Source: Candidatus Bathyarchaeia archaeon (GTDB taxonomy: Archaea; Thermoproteota; Bathyarchaeia; Bathyarchaeales; Bathycorpusculaceae). Taken from it: a stretch of 64,000 nt of DNA. The position numbers and the translations under genes are program-made. The DNA lies in contig JBEKBM010000002.1 of NCBI GenBank assembly GCA_050015395.1, positions 1-64,000 of the forward strand, given 5' to 3'. Of the stretch, positions 31,978 to 41,639 are shown one piece after another (position 1 is the first letter of the stretch; each line of letters starts with the position of its first letter). The notes under the pieces were generated by a model. That model ran no database searches. It was not told where the DNA came from and saw only the letters and a list, made by a program, of their open reading frames with translations.

Positions 31978-32511
31978 ATGAGTGAAACCTCTAAGGCGCA
32001 TAAGGCTAAGGCACCTAAAACATTGAACTTTGGCATTTACATGTGCAGTACTTCACGATATAAGCAGATGCAACAGGGTGAAGCTGCGGTTAGTGATGTT
32101 TCAGGCGACACATTGACTGATTTGCTAAGAAACGCTGGACAAAACGTCCTGTTCAAAAAAATAATTGCAGACGATAAAGTCATGATTTCTGATGCAGTTC
32201 AGCAAGCCCTAAACACGCCCGATTTGGACGTTGCCATCTTTTCCGGTGGCACAGGAATCACGCCGACAGATGTTACGATTGAAACGGTTTCGCCTTTCTT
32301 TGAGAAAACCCTGCCGGGTTTCGGCGAGTTTTTTAGGCGCATAAGCTTTGACCGTGTTGGCTCTGCCGCGGTTTTGTCCCGTGCCGTAGCTGGGGTAGCT
32401 AAGGGCAAAGCATTGTTTTGTATCCCAGGTTCCCCTGATGCTGTGCATGTTGCGGTAGAAATGCTTATTTTGCCCGAGTCTCCACACATCGTTAAGCACG
32501 CGCGGGAATAA
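31978..32511 (+). CDS. moaB: MoaB/MogA molybdopterin adenylyltransferase
   Basis: GGTGITPTDVT, PGFGEFFR, SRAVAG, PGSP. Confidence 0.92.
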   Translation: MSETSKAHKAKAPKTLNFGIYMCSTSRYKQMQQGEAAVSDVSGDTLTDLLRNAGQNVLFKKIIADDKVMISDAVQQALNTPDLDVAIFSGGTGITPTDVTIETVSPFFEKTLPGFGEFFRRISFDRVGSAAVLSRAVAGVAKGKALFCIPGSPDAVHVAVEMLILPESPHIVKHARE

Positions 32512-32514
32512 CGA

Positions 32515-33447
32515 ATGAGTTTAACAGACAACTGTGGCAGACCTCTACTTAACCTGCGGATATCGATTACCCAGCGATGCAACATTCACTGTGTATACTG
32601 CCACAGAGAAGGCGAAGTAAAACGCGCAAACCGTTCCGCAGAAAAAATGTCAGTTCAAGAAATAGTCCGGATAGCCAAAATAGCCGTTAGCTTAGGCATT
32701 GCACGCATAAAATTAACGGGCGGAGAACCACTCATGCGCCAAGACCTCCCAGAAATCATCTCAGGCATAGCCTCGGTGCCTGGCTTGAAGGATTTGTCGT
32801 TAACAACTAACGGTCTTTTGCTTGGCGACATGGCGAAGAAGCTGCATGAGCGGGGGTTGAAGCGCATCAACATTAGTTTGCCATCTTTGAATGAGGAAAC
32901 GTATCGCAAGCTAACAGGCGGAAAACTCCAAGACGCACTGGCAGGAGTAAAAGCCGCCATTGAAGCGGGTTTCTGCCCGGTAAAACTCAACATGGTTATC
33001 CTAAAAGACGTAAACGTGAGCGATGTTCCAGATATGATAGAGTACGCGCGGCAAACTGGCGTGGTGCTGCAACTCATAGAGCTTGACCCCATAAACGTCA
33101 GCAACACCTACTACACGACGCACCACCGCAGCCTAGATGAGCAGGAAGAAATGTTGCGCGAGAAGGCTGTTACGATTGAGAAAAGACCATTTATGCATAA
33201 CCGCCTCATCTACCACTTGCCAAACGTAACCGTTGAAGTCGTGCATCCAATTGAGAACAGCGACTTTTGCGTGCACTGCACACGAATCCGCGTCACAAGC
33301 GACGGCAAACTAAAACCCTGCCTGATGAGAAACGACAACCTAACAGACATACTAACGTCTATACGACAAGGAGCAAACGACCAACAACTAAAGGAATTAT
33401 TCGTAAAAGCTAACCTGCTAAGAGAACCATACAACAAAAGCAGTTAA
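32515..33447 (+). CDS. moaA: GTP 3',8-cyclase
   Basis: LRISITQRCNIHCVYC, TGGEP, FCVHCTRIRVTSDGKLKPCL. Confidence 0.95.
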   Translation: MSLTDNCGRPLLNLRISITQRCNIHCVYCHREGEVKRANRSAEKMSVQEIVRIAKIAVSLGIARIKLTGGEPLMRQDLPEIISGIASVPGLKDLSLTTNGLLLGDMAKKLHERGLKRINISLPSLNEETYRKLTGGKLQDALAGVKAAIEAGFCPVKLNMVILKDVNVSDVPDMIEYARQTGVVLQLIELDPINVSNTYYTTHHRSLDEQEEMLREKAVTIEKRPFMHNRLIYHLPNVTVEVVHPIENSDFCVHCTRIRVTSDGKLKPCLMRNDNLTDILTSIRQGANDQQLKELFVKANLLREPYNKSS

Positions 33448-33562
33448 AGCCTGTGTTTGAAAATGTGACTAAAATGGCTAGGGTTAAAATTTTTCCGAAA
33501 ACGGAAGTAAACCCTACCCAACACCTTTTTTCAAAATATTTACGCAAAAAAACTAGGTAATA

Positions 33563-33614
33563 CTTCTATAAGTTAGTTTGATAAATCTCTTCTATAAGTT
33601 AGTTTGATAAATCT
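33563..33614. repeat. Perfect 26-bp tandem duplication
   Basis: CTTCTATAAGTTAGTTTGATAAATCT x2. Confidence 0.9.
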
Positions 33615-33636
33615 TTTATTTGTAAAGGAGACATAG

Positions 33637-33780
33637 GTGATTTTCCCGAGAGAGAGAAGGAAAAATGAGTTGTATTCTGCAAACAAACGTCTACTTCTCG
33701 TCAAGCTGGCTGTTGACTTATCACAGCTGGGTTTTGAGACTGAAATAGACTACAAAAAATGCAAAATATTGATAGTATAA
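33637..33780 (+). CDS. 47-aa hypothetical protein (not in ORF track)
   Basis: AAGGAG RBS, GTG start, MIFPRERRKNELYSANKRLLLVKLAVDLSQLGFETEIDYKKCKILIV. Confidence 0.45.
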   Translation: MIFPRERRKNELYSANKRLLLVKLAVDLSQLGFETEIDYKKCKILIV

Positions 33781-33876
33781 TGCAGCGGGTTCCTTTGTTT
33801 TCTAAAGGAGCCTACCACAATGTAGTGGCTATTAGAGGAGGGTTTAGTCTTCTCCGAGCACCAAAACGCTTGAGGT

Positions 33877-34374
33877 TTATAGTTCTATTATTTTTGCTTC
33901 CTGCTTAATTGTGTCTAATATGGCTATTGTGGATTTTCCTGTCAGGTACCCGCAGAGTTCACCTGGGTTGATGGCAAGGGTTTTTCCTTTGTTCTCAATG
34001 CTTTTGTTGTGTGAGTGACCATGAATTACAGCGTTGAAGTATCCGCTGTCTATTATCGCATTCAGCAGTTCCGTTTCTTCTCCATGCAGTACCGCGATTC
34101 TGTAGCCTTCCACTTCCACTGCGGCGAATCGGTCGTGGATTGTGCAATTGGTGGTTTCGCTGAACCGTTTCTTTAAAAGTTCGTGGTCTCCGTCATTATT
34201 GCCGAACACGCCGATTAGTTTGCAGTTTAGTTGTTTGAATTTTGGGATAACAAAACCTGCAACGTAGTCTCCTGCGTGAAGAACTAAGCCTACTTTTTGG
34301 TCATTTAGGTATTTCACAGCTTTTTCTACAAGAGGCAAATTATCATGCGTGTCCGCTATTACGCCTATCAACAT
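33877..34374 (-). CDS. YfcE/MJ0936-type metallophosphoesterase
   Basis: ADTHDN, HAGD, GNND, HG, HGHSH, NPGE. Confidence 0.92.
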   Translation of the reverse strand: MLIGVIADTHDNLPLVEKAVKYLNDQKVGLVLHAGDYVAGFVIPKFKQLNCKLIGVFGNNDGDHELLKKRFSETTNCTIHDRFAAVEVEGYRIAVLHGEETELLNAIIDSGYFNAVIHGHSHNKSIENKGKTLAINPGELCGYLTGKSTIAILDTIKQEAKIIEL

Positions 34375-34542
34375 GTTTGTTTCACATTTGTTGTTTTTCT
34401 CGCTGAGCAATAAAGGTTTTCTGTGCTTTTTTTTGTCCTCAGCATGCAGTGGTGTTACTAAAGACTTAAAAGTTAATTGATAAGATATGCTATATAGAAG
34501 TGAAAGGAGATTTTAAGCGCTAAATCTAAAAGAAGAGATACA

Positions 34543-34869
34543 ATGAGCATAATGGCGCAAATTCTCGAAATAACTAAAGAAGGCACACTAAAGACACAGA
34601 TAATGTATAAAGCAAATTTAAGCTTCACCCAACTCAATGATTACCTTCAATTCATGTTAAAAAGCAATCTAATCACCCACAAAACCCGTGAAGGCAGAGA
34701 AGTTTACATCATTACGCTAAAAGGCATCAATTTTCTTCAAATGCACAACGAATTACTTCAACTACTAAAAACGGAAATCAATAGCCCGAAAGTTAAGATT
34801 TCGCCAAAAAATCGCTTAAAACCTAAGACTTATTCTAGAAACGTTCAAGCACCAACGGCAGTTCACTAA
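34543..34869 (+). CDS. Archaeal wHTH regulator (true start probably ~34510)
   Basis: KTQIMYKANLSF.QL..YL; upstream in-frame KRRD. Confidence 0.85.
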   Translation: MSIMAQILEITKEGTLKTQIMYKANLSFTQLNDYLQFMLKSNLITHKTREGREVYIITLKGINFLQMHNELLQLLKTEINSPKVKISPKNRLKPKTYSRNVQAPTAVH

Positions 34870-35581
34870 GGCTCTTAATAGTCTGGTCCGGACGAACATG
34901 CTCAACTTTCTCGACACGTCTTTCAATATATACGGCTTTCATACCAACCGCTTTTGCCCCCTCAATGTCCGCATCTAAGGTGTCGCCGACAAAAACTGTT
35001 TCAAATGCAGAAACACCAAGCGCCTTTAAAGCGCATTTGAAGATTTCCGGGCTAGGTTTGCGCTTGTTAACTGCTCCAGAAACCACAATCGCATCGAACA
35101 GTTTATCTAAATCATGGGTTTTGAGAAGTTTGTGCACGCATTCGGGAATTGCAAAATTGGAAATTATGCCCAGCTTATATTTCCCATGCAAAGTACGCAA
35201 AAGCTTCTCGGTATTTTCGTCTAAATAAACAAAAGTCATGAATTCCTCGCAAAACTCAGCCGTTGCAGCAGCCACAATGGGACTAGAAACATCATAGTTA
35301 TAGCCTAAACTTTTCAATGTTTCAGAAACCCGAACGTTGAAGTGTGGCTCCTCTAAATTCGCATCTGCTTTAGCGTAGAGGTCGTCTCGGGCTTTGATGT
35401 ATGCTTTTTGGAATGTGTCAAAGGAAACGTTTATGCCGTTTTTATTTAGGTACCTGTACATTCTCATTAATGATGGGCTGTAAAACTCGTGGTTTTTCCT
35501 GATCATCATGAGAGTATCGAACATGTCAAATAGAACTGCTTTAGTCGGCATCGGCATTTTCCTAACACTAAACTTTATCAA
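34835..35581 (-). CDS. HAD-superfamily hydrolase
   Basis: FDMFDTL, ISN, KP, VGDTLDADIEGA. Confidence 0.9.
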   Translation of the reverse strand: MIKFSVRKMPMPTKAVLFDMFDTLMMIRKNHEFYSPSLMRMYRYLNKNGINVSFDTFQKAYIKARDDLYAKADANLEEPHFNVRVSETLKSLGYNYDVSSPIVAAATAEFCEEFMTFVYLDENTEKLLRTLHGKYKLGIISNFAIPECVHKLLKTHDLDKLFDAIVVSGAVNKRKPSPEIFKCALKALGVSAFETVFVGDTLDADIEGAKAVGMKAVYIERRVEKVEHVRPDQTIKSLSELPLVLERF

Positions 35582-35790
35582 GCCTTAAAATTCTTATCGC
35601 AATCTAAAACATTTTTTCTCGTCTGGTTATCCTGACTTTTGTTTTACTGTTTAGCCCAAGATTTTAAGCAATGCCTATCAAAAGCTTGCAAGTCATTAAG
35701 AACTTAATGCTTTTGGCCCAAAAGTATTACCAGATGGTTGGAAAGTATAAATAATTGTGGAACCAATTATTATTCGGTGACGGACGAAGA

Positions 35791-36042
35791 ATGCCTACAA
35801 AAAATGTTGGGCCAAAAGGACAAATTGTAATTCCTAAGCGAATGAGGGAGGCCCTTGGATTAAGGCCAGGTGTCGAAGTAACGCTCGAATTGCGCGATCA
35901 AGAAATAATTATTAAAAAACCACAAGTTAGAGGCAGCTACACTGAATACTTCATAACTACTTCTTCTCCAAAACTAAAGAAACGAATAAACATAAAAGAG
36001 TTATTAAATCAAGAAGTCGAAGAAAGAAATGCCCTACATTGA
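35791..36042 (+). CDS. AbrB/MazE-type antitoxin (VapB)
   Basis: VGPKGQIVIPKRMREALGL.PG. Confidence 0.88.
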   Translation: MPTKNVGPKGQIVIPKRMREALGLRPGVEVTLELRDQEIIIKKPQVRGSYTEYFITTSSPKLKKRINIKELLNQEVEERNALH

Positions 36043-36439
36043 TGCAAATGTTTTCATTTACCCGATATTATACACAGAAGAACAAGAACCCAAGGTTAAG
36101 CACGCTAAACAAATATTGCTGAGCATAGAAAAAGGCGAATTATCAGCATACACATCAACACTGACGTGGGATGAAGTTGTTTGGATAACAAGGAAGGCAA
36201 TGGGCAGAGATGAGGCAATAAGCCAGGGTCAAAAGTTACTTGGTTTTTTAAACTTGCAATGGATACTTGTAGACGAACATATTCTAAGCCAAGCCCAAGC
36301 TTTAATGAATAAATACAATTTGCATCCTCGCGATTCCATACATGTTGCTTCAGCGATTGACAGAAAAATCAATTTAATCATCAGCGATGATCTGGATATC
36401 GACCAAGTTAAAGAAATTAAAAGAACTCCACTACTTTGA
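36029..36439 (+). CDS. vapC: VapC PIN toxin
   Basis: YIDANVF, TWDEV, RDSIHVASA, ISDD.D. Confidence 0.9.
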   Translation: MPYIDANVFIYPILYTEEQEPKVKHAKQILLSIEKGELSAYTSTLTWDEVVWITRKAMGRDEAISQGQKLLGFLNLQWILVDEHILSQAQALMNKYNLHPRDSIHVASAIDRKINLIISDDLDIDQVKEIKRTPLL

Positions 36440-36466
36440 GTCAAAGGACGCTACAAATGGCATTAG

Positions 36467-36643
36467 TTATTTGTCCCAGAATTCTCTCGTACGCAAATAC
36501 TGAATCTTCGCCTTCAGCAAATCCATGTAAAACTGTTCCTCTTGGGGATGCATCTTCCCCAAAATCCTGGAAGCCGTTTCAGGACCAACACCTTTCACCT
36601 GCAACGCTCTGACCGCCTGTTTACCATACCTCAAAATCAAGTT
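36467..36643 (-). pseudogene. 3' fragment of an archaeal Lhr-like helicase gene
   Basis: NLILRYGKQAVRALQVKGVGPETASRILGKMH...FYMDLLKAKIQYLRTREFWDK*; no upstream coding part. Confidence 0.7.
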
Positions 36644-36837
36644 AAATTAGGCTGATTTGCCCTGAAATACATTTGAATGTGTATTCTATTATTCCTGTTT
36701 CTTTTGTATCAAATTAACAAAAAGGTTCATTCTGTTTCTCAACAAGGTTAATATGACTTGAGCTCTAAGGAAGATATAACGAAGAGTTGAACCTATAGTT
36801 AGCATAAACTTGACAAGTTATCGGTTGGTGGGGGAAG

Positions 36838-37137
36838 TTGAACTTAAAACTCTACGCAGTCAAGAGGGGGAATCAAAGACTTGACAGTTGCATCAAACTG
36901 GTCGTAGTTGACTTAGACAAAGGCAAACGTTACCCATTAAACTTCGTCTGCGTTCTGCCTCAATACCTCCGCTTACTTGAAAAACGTTCAAGCAACTTTG
37001 CTAAAATTTTTGGCGGAAAAAGCCTTCCTGTAGCAAAAGACCTTTTGGTTGAAGCAAAGCACAGGGAAGAAGACCCTGACGTCCAAAAAGTCATCAATAA
37101 ACGAATAAAAGACATCGACTCGGAACAGACTGTTTAG
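36838..37137 (+). CDS. Hypothetical protein
   Basis: 99-aa ORF with purine-rich RBS; DLDK...YPLNFVCVLP. Confidence 0.6.
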   Translation: MNLKLYAVKRGNQRLDSCIKLVVVDLDKGKRYPLNFVCVLPQYLRLLEKRSSNFAKIFGGKSLPVAKDLLVEAKHREEDPDVQKVINKRIKDIDSEQTV

Positions 37138-37171
37138 AAAATAGCAATTAAGCAAAATTCTCTTTTACAAA

Positions 37172-38386
37172 TTACCGTTTAGATGAAGAGATAAGAAGCG
37201 AAATAAGGTAGTCATGTTCCACTAGACCGAATGCCCCATTTCTTGCAGAAAACTCATCAAACTTTTTAACGCCGTCAGGCTTCAAAAACGGCGATTTAAT
37301 AGCGAAAGGCACGGGGTCTCTTGAATGCGTTCCGATCCTAATTGGCGTGGGATGATCAGGCGATATCGCAATCGCATAAGGCTCCGTTAAGCCGTCGAGA
37401 ATTCTGCCTAGCAGCCTCTTGTCTAAGTCCTCAATCGTTTTAACTTTTAGCGCGTAATTCCTAACGTGCCCCGCTTCGTCAGGTGCCTCAACATGAACAA
37501 AAACCAAATCATTATCCTCAAGAGCTTTCAGCGCAGCATCTGCTTTGCCCTCATAGTTAGTATTATACAAACCCGTTGCTCCGGGAACGTTGATTATTTC
37601 CATTCCGGCGTAAGTGCCGATTCCCTTCACCAAATCAACCGCAGATATGACTGCAGCTTTCAAACCGTACTTTTCTCTCAACGTCGGCATAGACGGTTTT
37701 TTGCCGCCTCCCCACGGCCAAATCAGGTTGCCAGGTCTCTTGCCTGCTTTTTCACGGGCAATGTTTACGGGGTGAGTCCGCAGAATGCCTCCGGAACGAT
37801 TAATTAGCTCTCTGAGCAATCGTGCTGTTTTTTCGGCTTCTGCCGACTTGGCTTTTGGTAACACCGCTGAAACATTTACTCCGATAGCGTCATGCGGTGG
37901 GGTGCATTGGATAAGCTCTGGCTTTGGGATGTTTCGCAGTATCAGAAAGTGCCTGTAGTCAAGGCCTGGATAGAATTCGATTTTGCCTAATTTTCCAAAC
38001 GCTTTATTTATCGATGCTATTAATTTGCTTGATTCTTCAGTTGTTATGTGACCCGCGGAATAATCAACGATAACTCCATCCTTCTCTGTTATCAAATTAC
38101 ACCTGTACGCTGCATCATTTTCCCCTAGCCTTATGCCTCTGGAAGGCGCTTCAAGCGGACCTCTGCCCGTGCAATACTTTCTTGGATCGTACCCCAGCAG
38201 TGAACATATCGCAGTTTCTGAGCCTGGGCTTAACTCGTCAGGAACTGTTTTGATGAGGCCGCTTTGGCCTTTGGCTGCTATTGAATCCATGTTTGGTTTG
38301 TATGCTGCTTGAAGAGGAGTCTTGTTTCCCAATTCAGGAACAGGGTAATCAGCCATTCCATCTCCAACAACGAGTATGTACTTCAT
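37172..38386 (-). CDS. apgM: Cofactor-independent phosphoglycerate mutase (archaeal type)
   Basis: GDGMAD, KTPLQAA, PGSE, GRGPLEA, HVEAPDEAGH, PDHPTP, H..DPVP. Confidence 0.92.
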   Translation of the reverse strand: MKYILVVGDGMADYPVPELGNKTPLQAAYKPNMDSIAAKGQSGLIKTVPDELSPGSETAICSLLGYDPRKYCTGRGPLEAPSRGIRLGENDAAYRCNLITEKDGVIVDYSAGHITTEESSKLIASINKAFGKLGKIEFYPGLDYRHFLILRNIPKPELIQCTPPHDAIGVNVSAVLPKAKSAEAEKTARLLRELINRSGGILRTHPVNIAREKAGKRPGNLIWPWGGGKKPSMPTLREKYGLKAAVISAVDLVKGIGTYAGMEIINVPGATGLYNTNYEGKADAALKALEDNDLVFVHVEAPDEAGHVRNYALKVKTIEDLDKRLLGRILDGLTEPYAIAISPDHPTPIRIGTHSRDPVPFAIKSPFLKPDGVKKFDEFSARNGAFGLVEHDYLISLLISSSKR

Positions 38387-38640
38387 TTAATCAGCTCCAG
38401 AGTAGCCTTTTGTACAATTATACCAGCCTTAAACCTATGTTTGCCTTTTCATTGCTTCTCAAGATATGGCAACCGTATATTTATCTACTTACATCAATTT
38501 TTTTAAACATAGCCTCATCCTTGAAAGAATGTTAGGTGAGTTGTGATTGTTAACGCAACGGTAACAACCATATTTAAGAATTTAAGGAGTTAATTTCTAA
38601 GCAGGAGATTTTATTCCTGAACGTTTAAAAGGAAACGCGG

Positions 38641-39243
38641 CTAAAATTTGTGGCTGCTTTCTGTTGTGGCTTTTAGGATCTCGTCTGTGGTCCTTAGCAG
38701 TCCGATTCTTGGAAAAATGTATTTTAGGGTTGCTTCATGCTCGTCTTTGCTGTTTGTGGCCATTGCGTCTATGGCGAAGACTTGGTTGTATCCGCGTTGA
38801 TATGCGTCTCTGGCAGTTGTCTCCACGCTTATGTTGGTTGAAACTCCGCATAGGACAATGGTTTCTATTTTTCTGCGTCTTAGTTGCAAATCAAGTTCGG
38901 TTCCGTAAAAAGCACCCCACTGCCTTTTCGCTATAACTATGTCCTTGTCCGTGGGCTTTATTTCTTCCACAAAGTCTGTCCAATCTGCAGGTCTCGGGCT
39001 TGAACTCCACTGAACCTGCTGATCGGTCACGGGATGCAGCGTGTCTCTTCCATCGATTGATGTCACATGTACTAAGAAAACAGGCATTCCAGCAACCCTA
39101 AACTTCGTGACAAGCTTTGAGACGTTTGCGACAACTTGGCTTGCAGTGTTAGGCTCAAGTTTTCTGTCGAGTGCAACTATGCCCTTTTGCACATCTATAA
39201 CAACCAACGCTGTCTTGTTCGAATCTATTTTCAAATCAACCAT
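38641..39243 (-). CDS. Isochorismatase-family hydrolase
   Basis: ALVVIDVQ, KRQWGAFYGT.L, GVSTNISVETTARDA. Confidence 0.9.
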   Translation of the reverse strand: MVDLKIDSNKTALVVIDVQKGIVALDRKLEPNTASQVVANVSKLVTKFRVAGMPVFLVHVTSIDGRDTLHPVTDQQVQWSSSPRPADWTDFVEEIKPTDKDIVIAKRQWGAFYGTELDLQLRRRKIETIVLCGVSTNISVETTARDAYQRGYNQVFAIDAMATNSKDEHEATLKYIFPRIGLLRTTDEILKATTESSHKF

Positions 39244-39311
39244 GCCAATCACTCCATTGAATGATATAAAATGATTCTTATATGGATTTTTTATCCCGGT
39301 CGTCCAACAAC

Positions 39312-39436
39312 ATACGAAGATAAATGGGTTGTAAAAGCAGCCAAAAACGGGGGAAGAGGCGACTGAACTCATTGAGGTTGGCTTTGAATATCAAGTGGAA
39401 ATTTATGAGTTCAAACTCTTTAGAAAACGCAAATAA
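39312..39436 (+). pseudogene. C-terminal remnant of an archaeal tyrosine integrase
   Basis: YEDKWVVKAAK/(frameshift)/EEATELIEVGFEYQVEIYEFKLFRKRK*, resembling the GFEY...FRKRK tail of these integrases. Confidence 0.6.
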
Positions 39437-39742
39437 GTTGGTGCGCTGTCCTATAATTTTGGACGATGAGGAAATCGAGGTACGAAGACGCTTAAGGCGA
39501 ATGACATCTTTTTCCGCTACCGAGTCCATAAACATCTAATTTCAATCGGCAGGCTCATGGTTCGTTACTGCGCATTCGAGCGGCTTGGGCCTGTATTTTC
39601 TGCTACAACATACAAATCTATCTTGCGTTCTAAGTTTCCCACTTTGGTTTACGGCAAAATGAAAAAGGAAGGATGTAGAAATTATTTTTTAGTTAAAAAT
39701 AAGATTTCAATAAAGAAAGGAGGCTGGAGAGTAGGCTATTAT

Positions 39743-39967
39743 TTAGAAAGGCTCTTTTTTCCCGGTCATATACGCCCAAGCACCGACTAGCACAACTGTT
39801 AGGCATGCACCAGCAAATCCCGAAATCAGGTAGCTTGTCGCACCGCCGAGCAACGGCAAAACTGCAACCATCCATGGGATAATAAAGACTGCTGTGATTT
39901 GTACTATAATGCCTGCTACGAAACCTAAAATAGCTATTACACCGAATATTTTCAATCTACTATTCAT
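39743..39967 (-). CDS. Small 2-TM membrane protein
   Basis: Hydrophobic 74 aa, AGGTGA RBS. Confidence 0.7.
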   Translation of the reverse strand: MNSRLKIFGVIAILGFVAGIIVQITAVFIIPWMVAVLPLLGGATSYLISGFAGACLTVVLVGAWAYMTGKKEPF

Positions 39968-40192
39968 TCAATCACCTTTTTGTTTTTAGCATTACTTGGC
40001 GCTTCTTTTTAGTCTAACTTACACATTTCTGTCTAAACGGTTTAGCGCTTACATCGCCTTTAACTCTTCCATTTAAAGCCTAAAGCAACTTTTTACGCGA
40101 CATATAGCTGTACAGCTATACGTGCATATCTCCATCATATTAACAATGCATAAGATTGTTCTCTGCATTTCTCTCTTCAGAGGTAATCGAAA

Positions 40193-40858
40193 TTGTCAGA
40201 AAGTTTTGCAAAAAAGTGGGAAAGTAAACGGGAAGATGAACCATTCTCAAACCGCATTAAAGACGCTGTAAAACCACCAGGACCATTGAAGCCACGACTA
40301 GACTTCGCCGTCAGGCGCATTGATCTTCAAGTACAGAAGCTTGATCAAGCCACGGACCGATTCAGCCAAAGAGACAAAGCAATCTTCGCTAGAATAGTTG
40401 ACGCTTATGCAAAGCATGACAGCGCACGCGCAAATGTATTCGCCAACGAGTTAGCTGAAGTTCGAAAAATGTCAAAGTTAATAATGAATGCTAAACTTGC
40501 ACTTGAACAAATTACATTAAGGTTACGAACAGTATCAGAACTAGGCGACGTAGTATCAACCTTAGGCCCAGCCGTAGGAGTTCTACGTTCAGTCAAAGCA
40601 GGCTTAGTGAGCGTGTTTCCAGAAGCAGAGAGCGAACTGGGCGAAATTGGAAACATGTTAAGCGGAATCATGATCGAAGCAGGCCAAGGTTCAGGAATGA
40701 CACTAAACTTTGACACAGTAAACGAGGACGCATCAAAGATTCTCACAGAAGCAGCAACAGTTGCAGAGCAGAAGATAAAGGACAAGTTCCCAGATCTGCC
40801 CCCAGGAATGCCATCAACCCCAGCCTCACAAACAGAAAAATCAACACAGAGTTTCTAA
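40193..40858 (+). CDS. ESCRT-III (CdvB1/2-like, Snf7 fold)
   Basis: ANELAEVRK...LALEQITLRL.TV.ELGD; C-terminal FPDLP. Confidence 0.9.
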   Translation: MSESFAKKWESKREDEPFSNRIKDAVKPPGPLKPRLDFAVRRIDLQVQKLDQATDRFSQRDKAIFARIVDAYAKHDSARANVFANELAEVRKMSKLIMNAKLALEQITLRLRTVSELGDVVSTLGPAVGVLRSVKAGLVSVFPEAESELGEIGNMLSGIMIEAGQGSGMTLNFDTVNEDASKILTEAATVAEQKIKDKFPDLPPGMPSTPASQTEKSTQSF

Positions 40859-40879
40859 AATAGGAGGAAAACAACAAAC

Positions 40880-41593
40880 ATGTCTAACTCCAATCTTTTT
40901 CTTTATATTGGTAAACCTATTAAAAACGAGTATGGTCGTATAATTGGTAAAGTTGCATCTTTCGCATTAACACCGAGCGGAAAATTTGACGCTGTATTCG
41001 TCGAATTTGGAGACGGTCAATTCACAAAACAGCCCATGGAAACCTTGAAATTTAATGGTGCTGAAGTCACATTCATATCAAAAATTAAAAACCAAGCAAG
41101 TATCCTTTGTGACCAGATCCCTTTCATATGGCGTAAAGACCAGGCTCTAAAAGATCTAAATGACAAAAGAAAAATCTCGCCAGACCTCTATCAGGAACTT
41201 CACAATAGTTTCACTAGCGTTTTAACTCAACTAAAGAAGGACGCCCAAATCATTGTCGACGAAGCTGCCATAGAAATAGAACGATGCCAAGAAGAAATAT
41301 CATCGCTTAGCTATGCCATTGCTAACCTTGAAATTGAACACGAAATAGGCAAAGTGGACGAAGAAAACTACAAGAACGCTTTTGCACTTCTGCAAGAAAC
41401 ACTGAAACGTGCCACTTTAGAAAAAACCGATTTCGAGCTGACAAAAAGCAAAGTCTCAAACGTACTGCTAGGCGATTCGCAAGACACCACACAGAGAACG
41501 AAAACTTACGCTGAACAAGTAAGTGTTGCCCAGAAACTGCCCGAGCCTCCAGTGGTTGTCTACGTTAAAGAGATCGCGAAAGCTGGCATATAA
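40880..41593 (+). CDS. cdvA: Cell division protein CdvA
   Basis: PRC-barrel N-terminus IGKPIKNEYGRIIG, coiled coil, terminal PPVVVYV motif. Confidence 0.88.
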   Translation: MSNSNLFLYIGKPIKNEYGRIIGKVASFALTPSGKFDAVFVEFGDGQFTKQPMETLKFNGAEVTFISKIKNQASILCDQIPFIWRKDQALKDLNDKRKISPDLYQELHNSFTSVLTQLKKDAQIIVDEAAIEIERCQEEISSLSYAIANLEIEHEIGKVDEENYKNAFALLQETLKRATLEKTDFELTKSKVSNVLLGDSQDTTQRTKTYAEQVSVAQKLPEPPVVVYVKEIAKAGI

Positions 41594-41639
41594 TAATAGC
41601 CAAACAAAGTGAAAATATCGTTCTGTGGAGGGATAAGAC

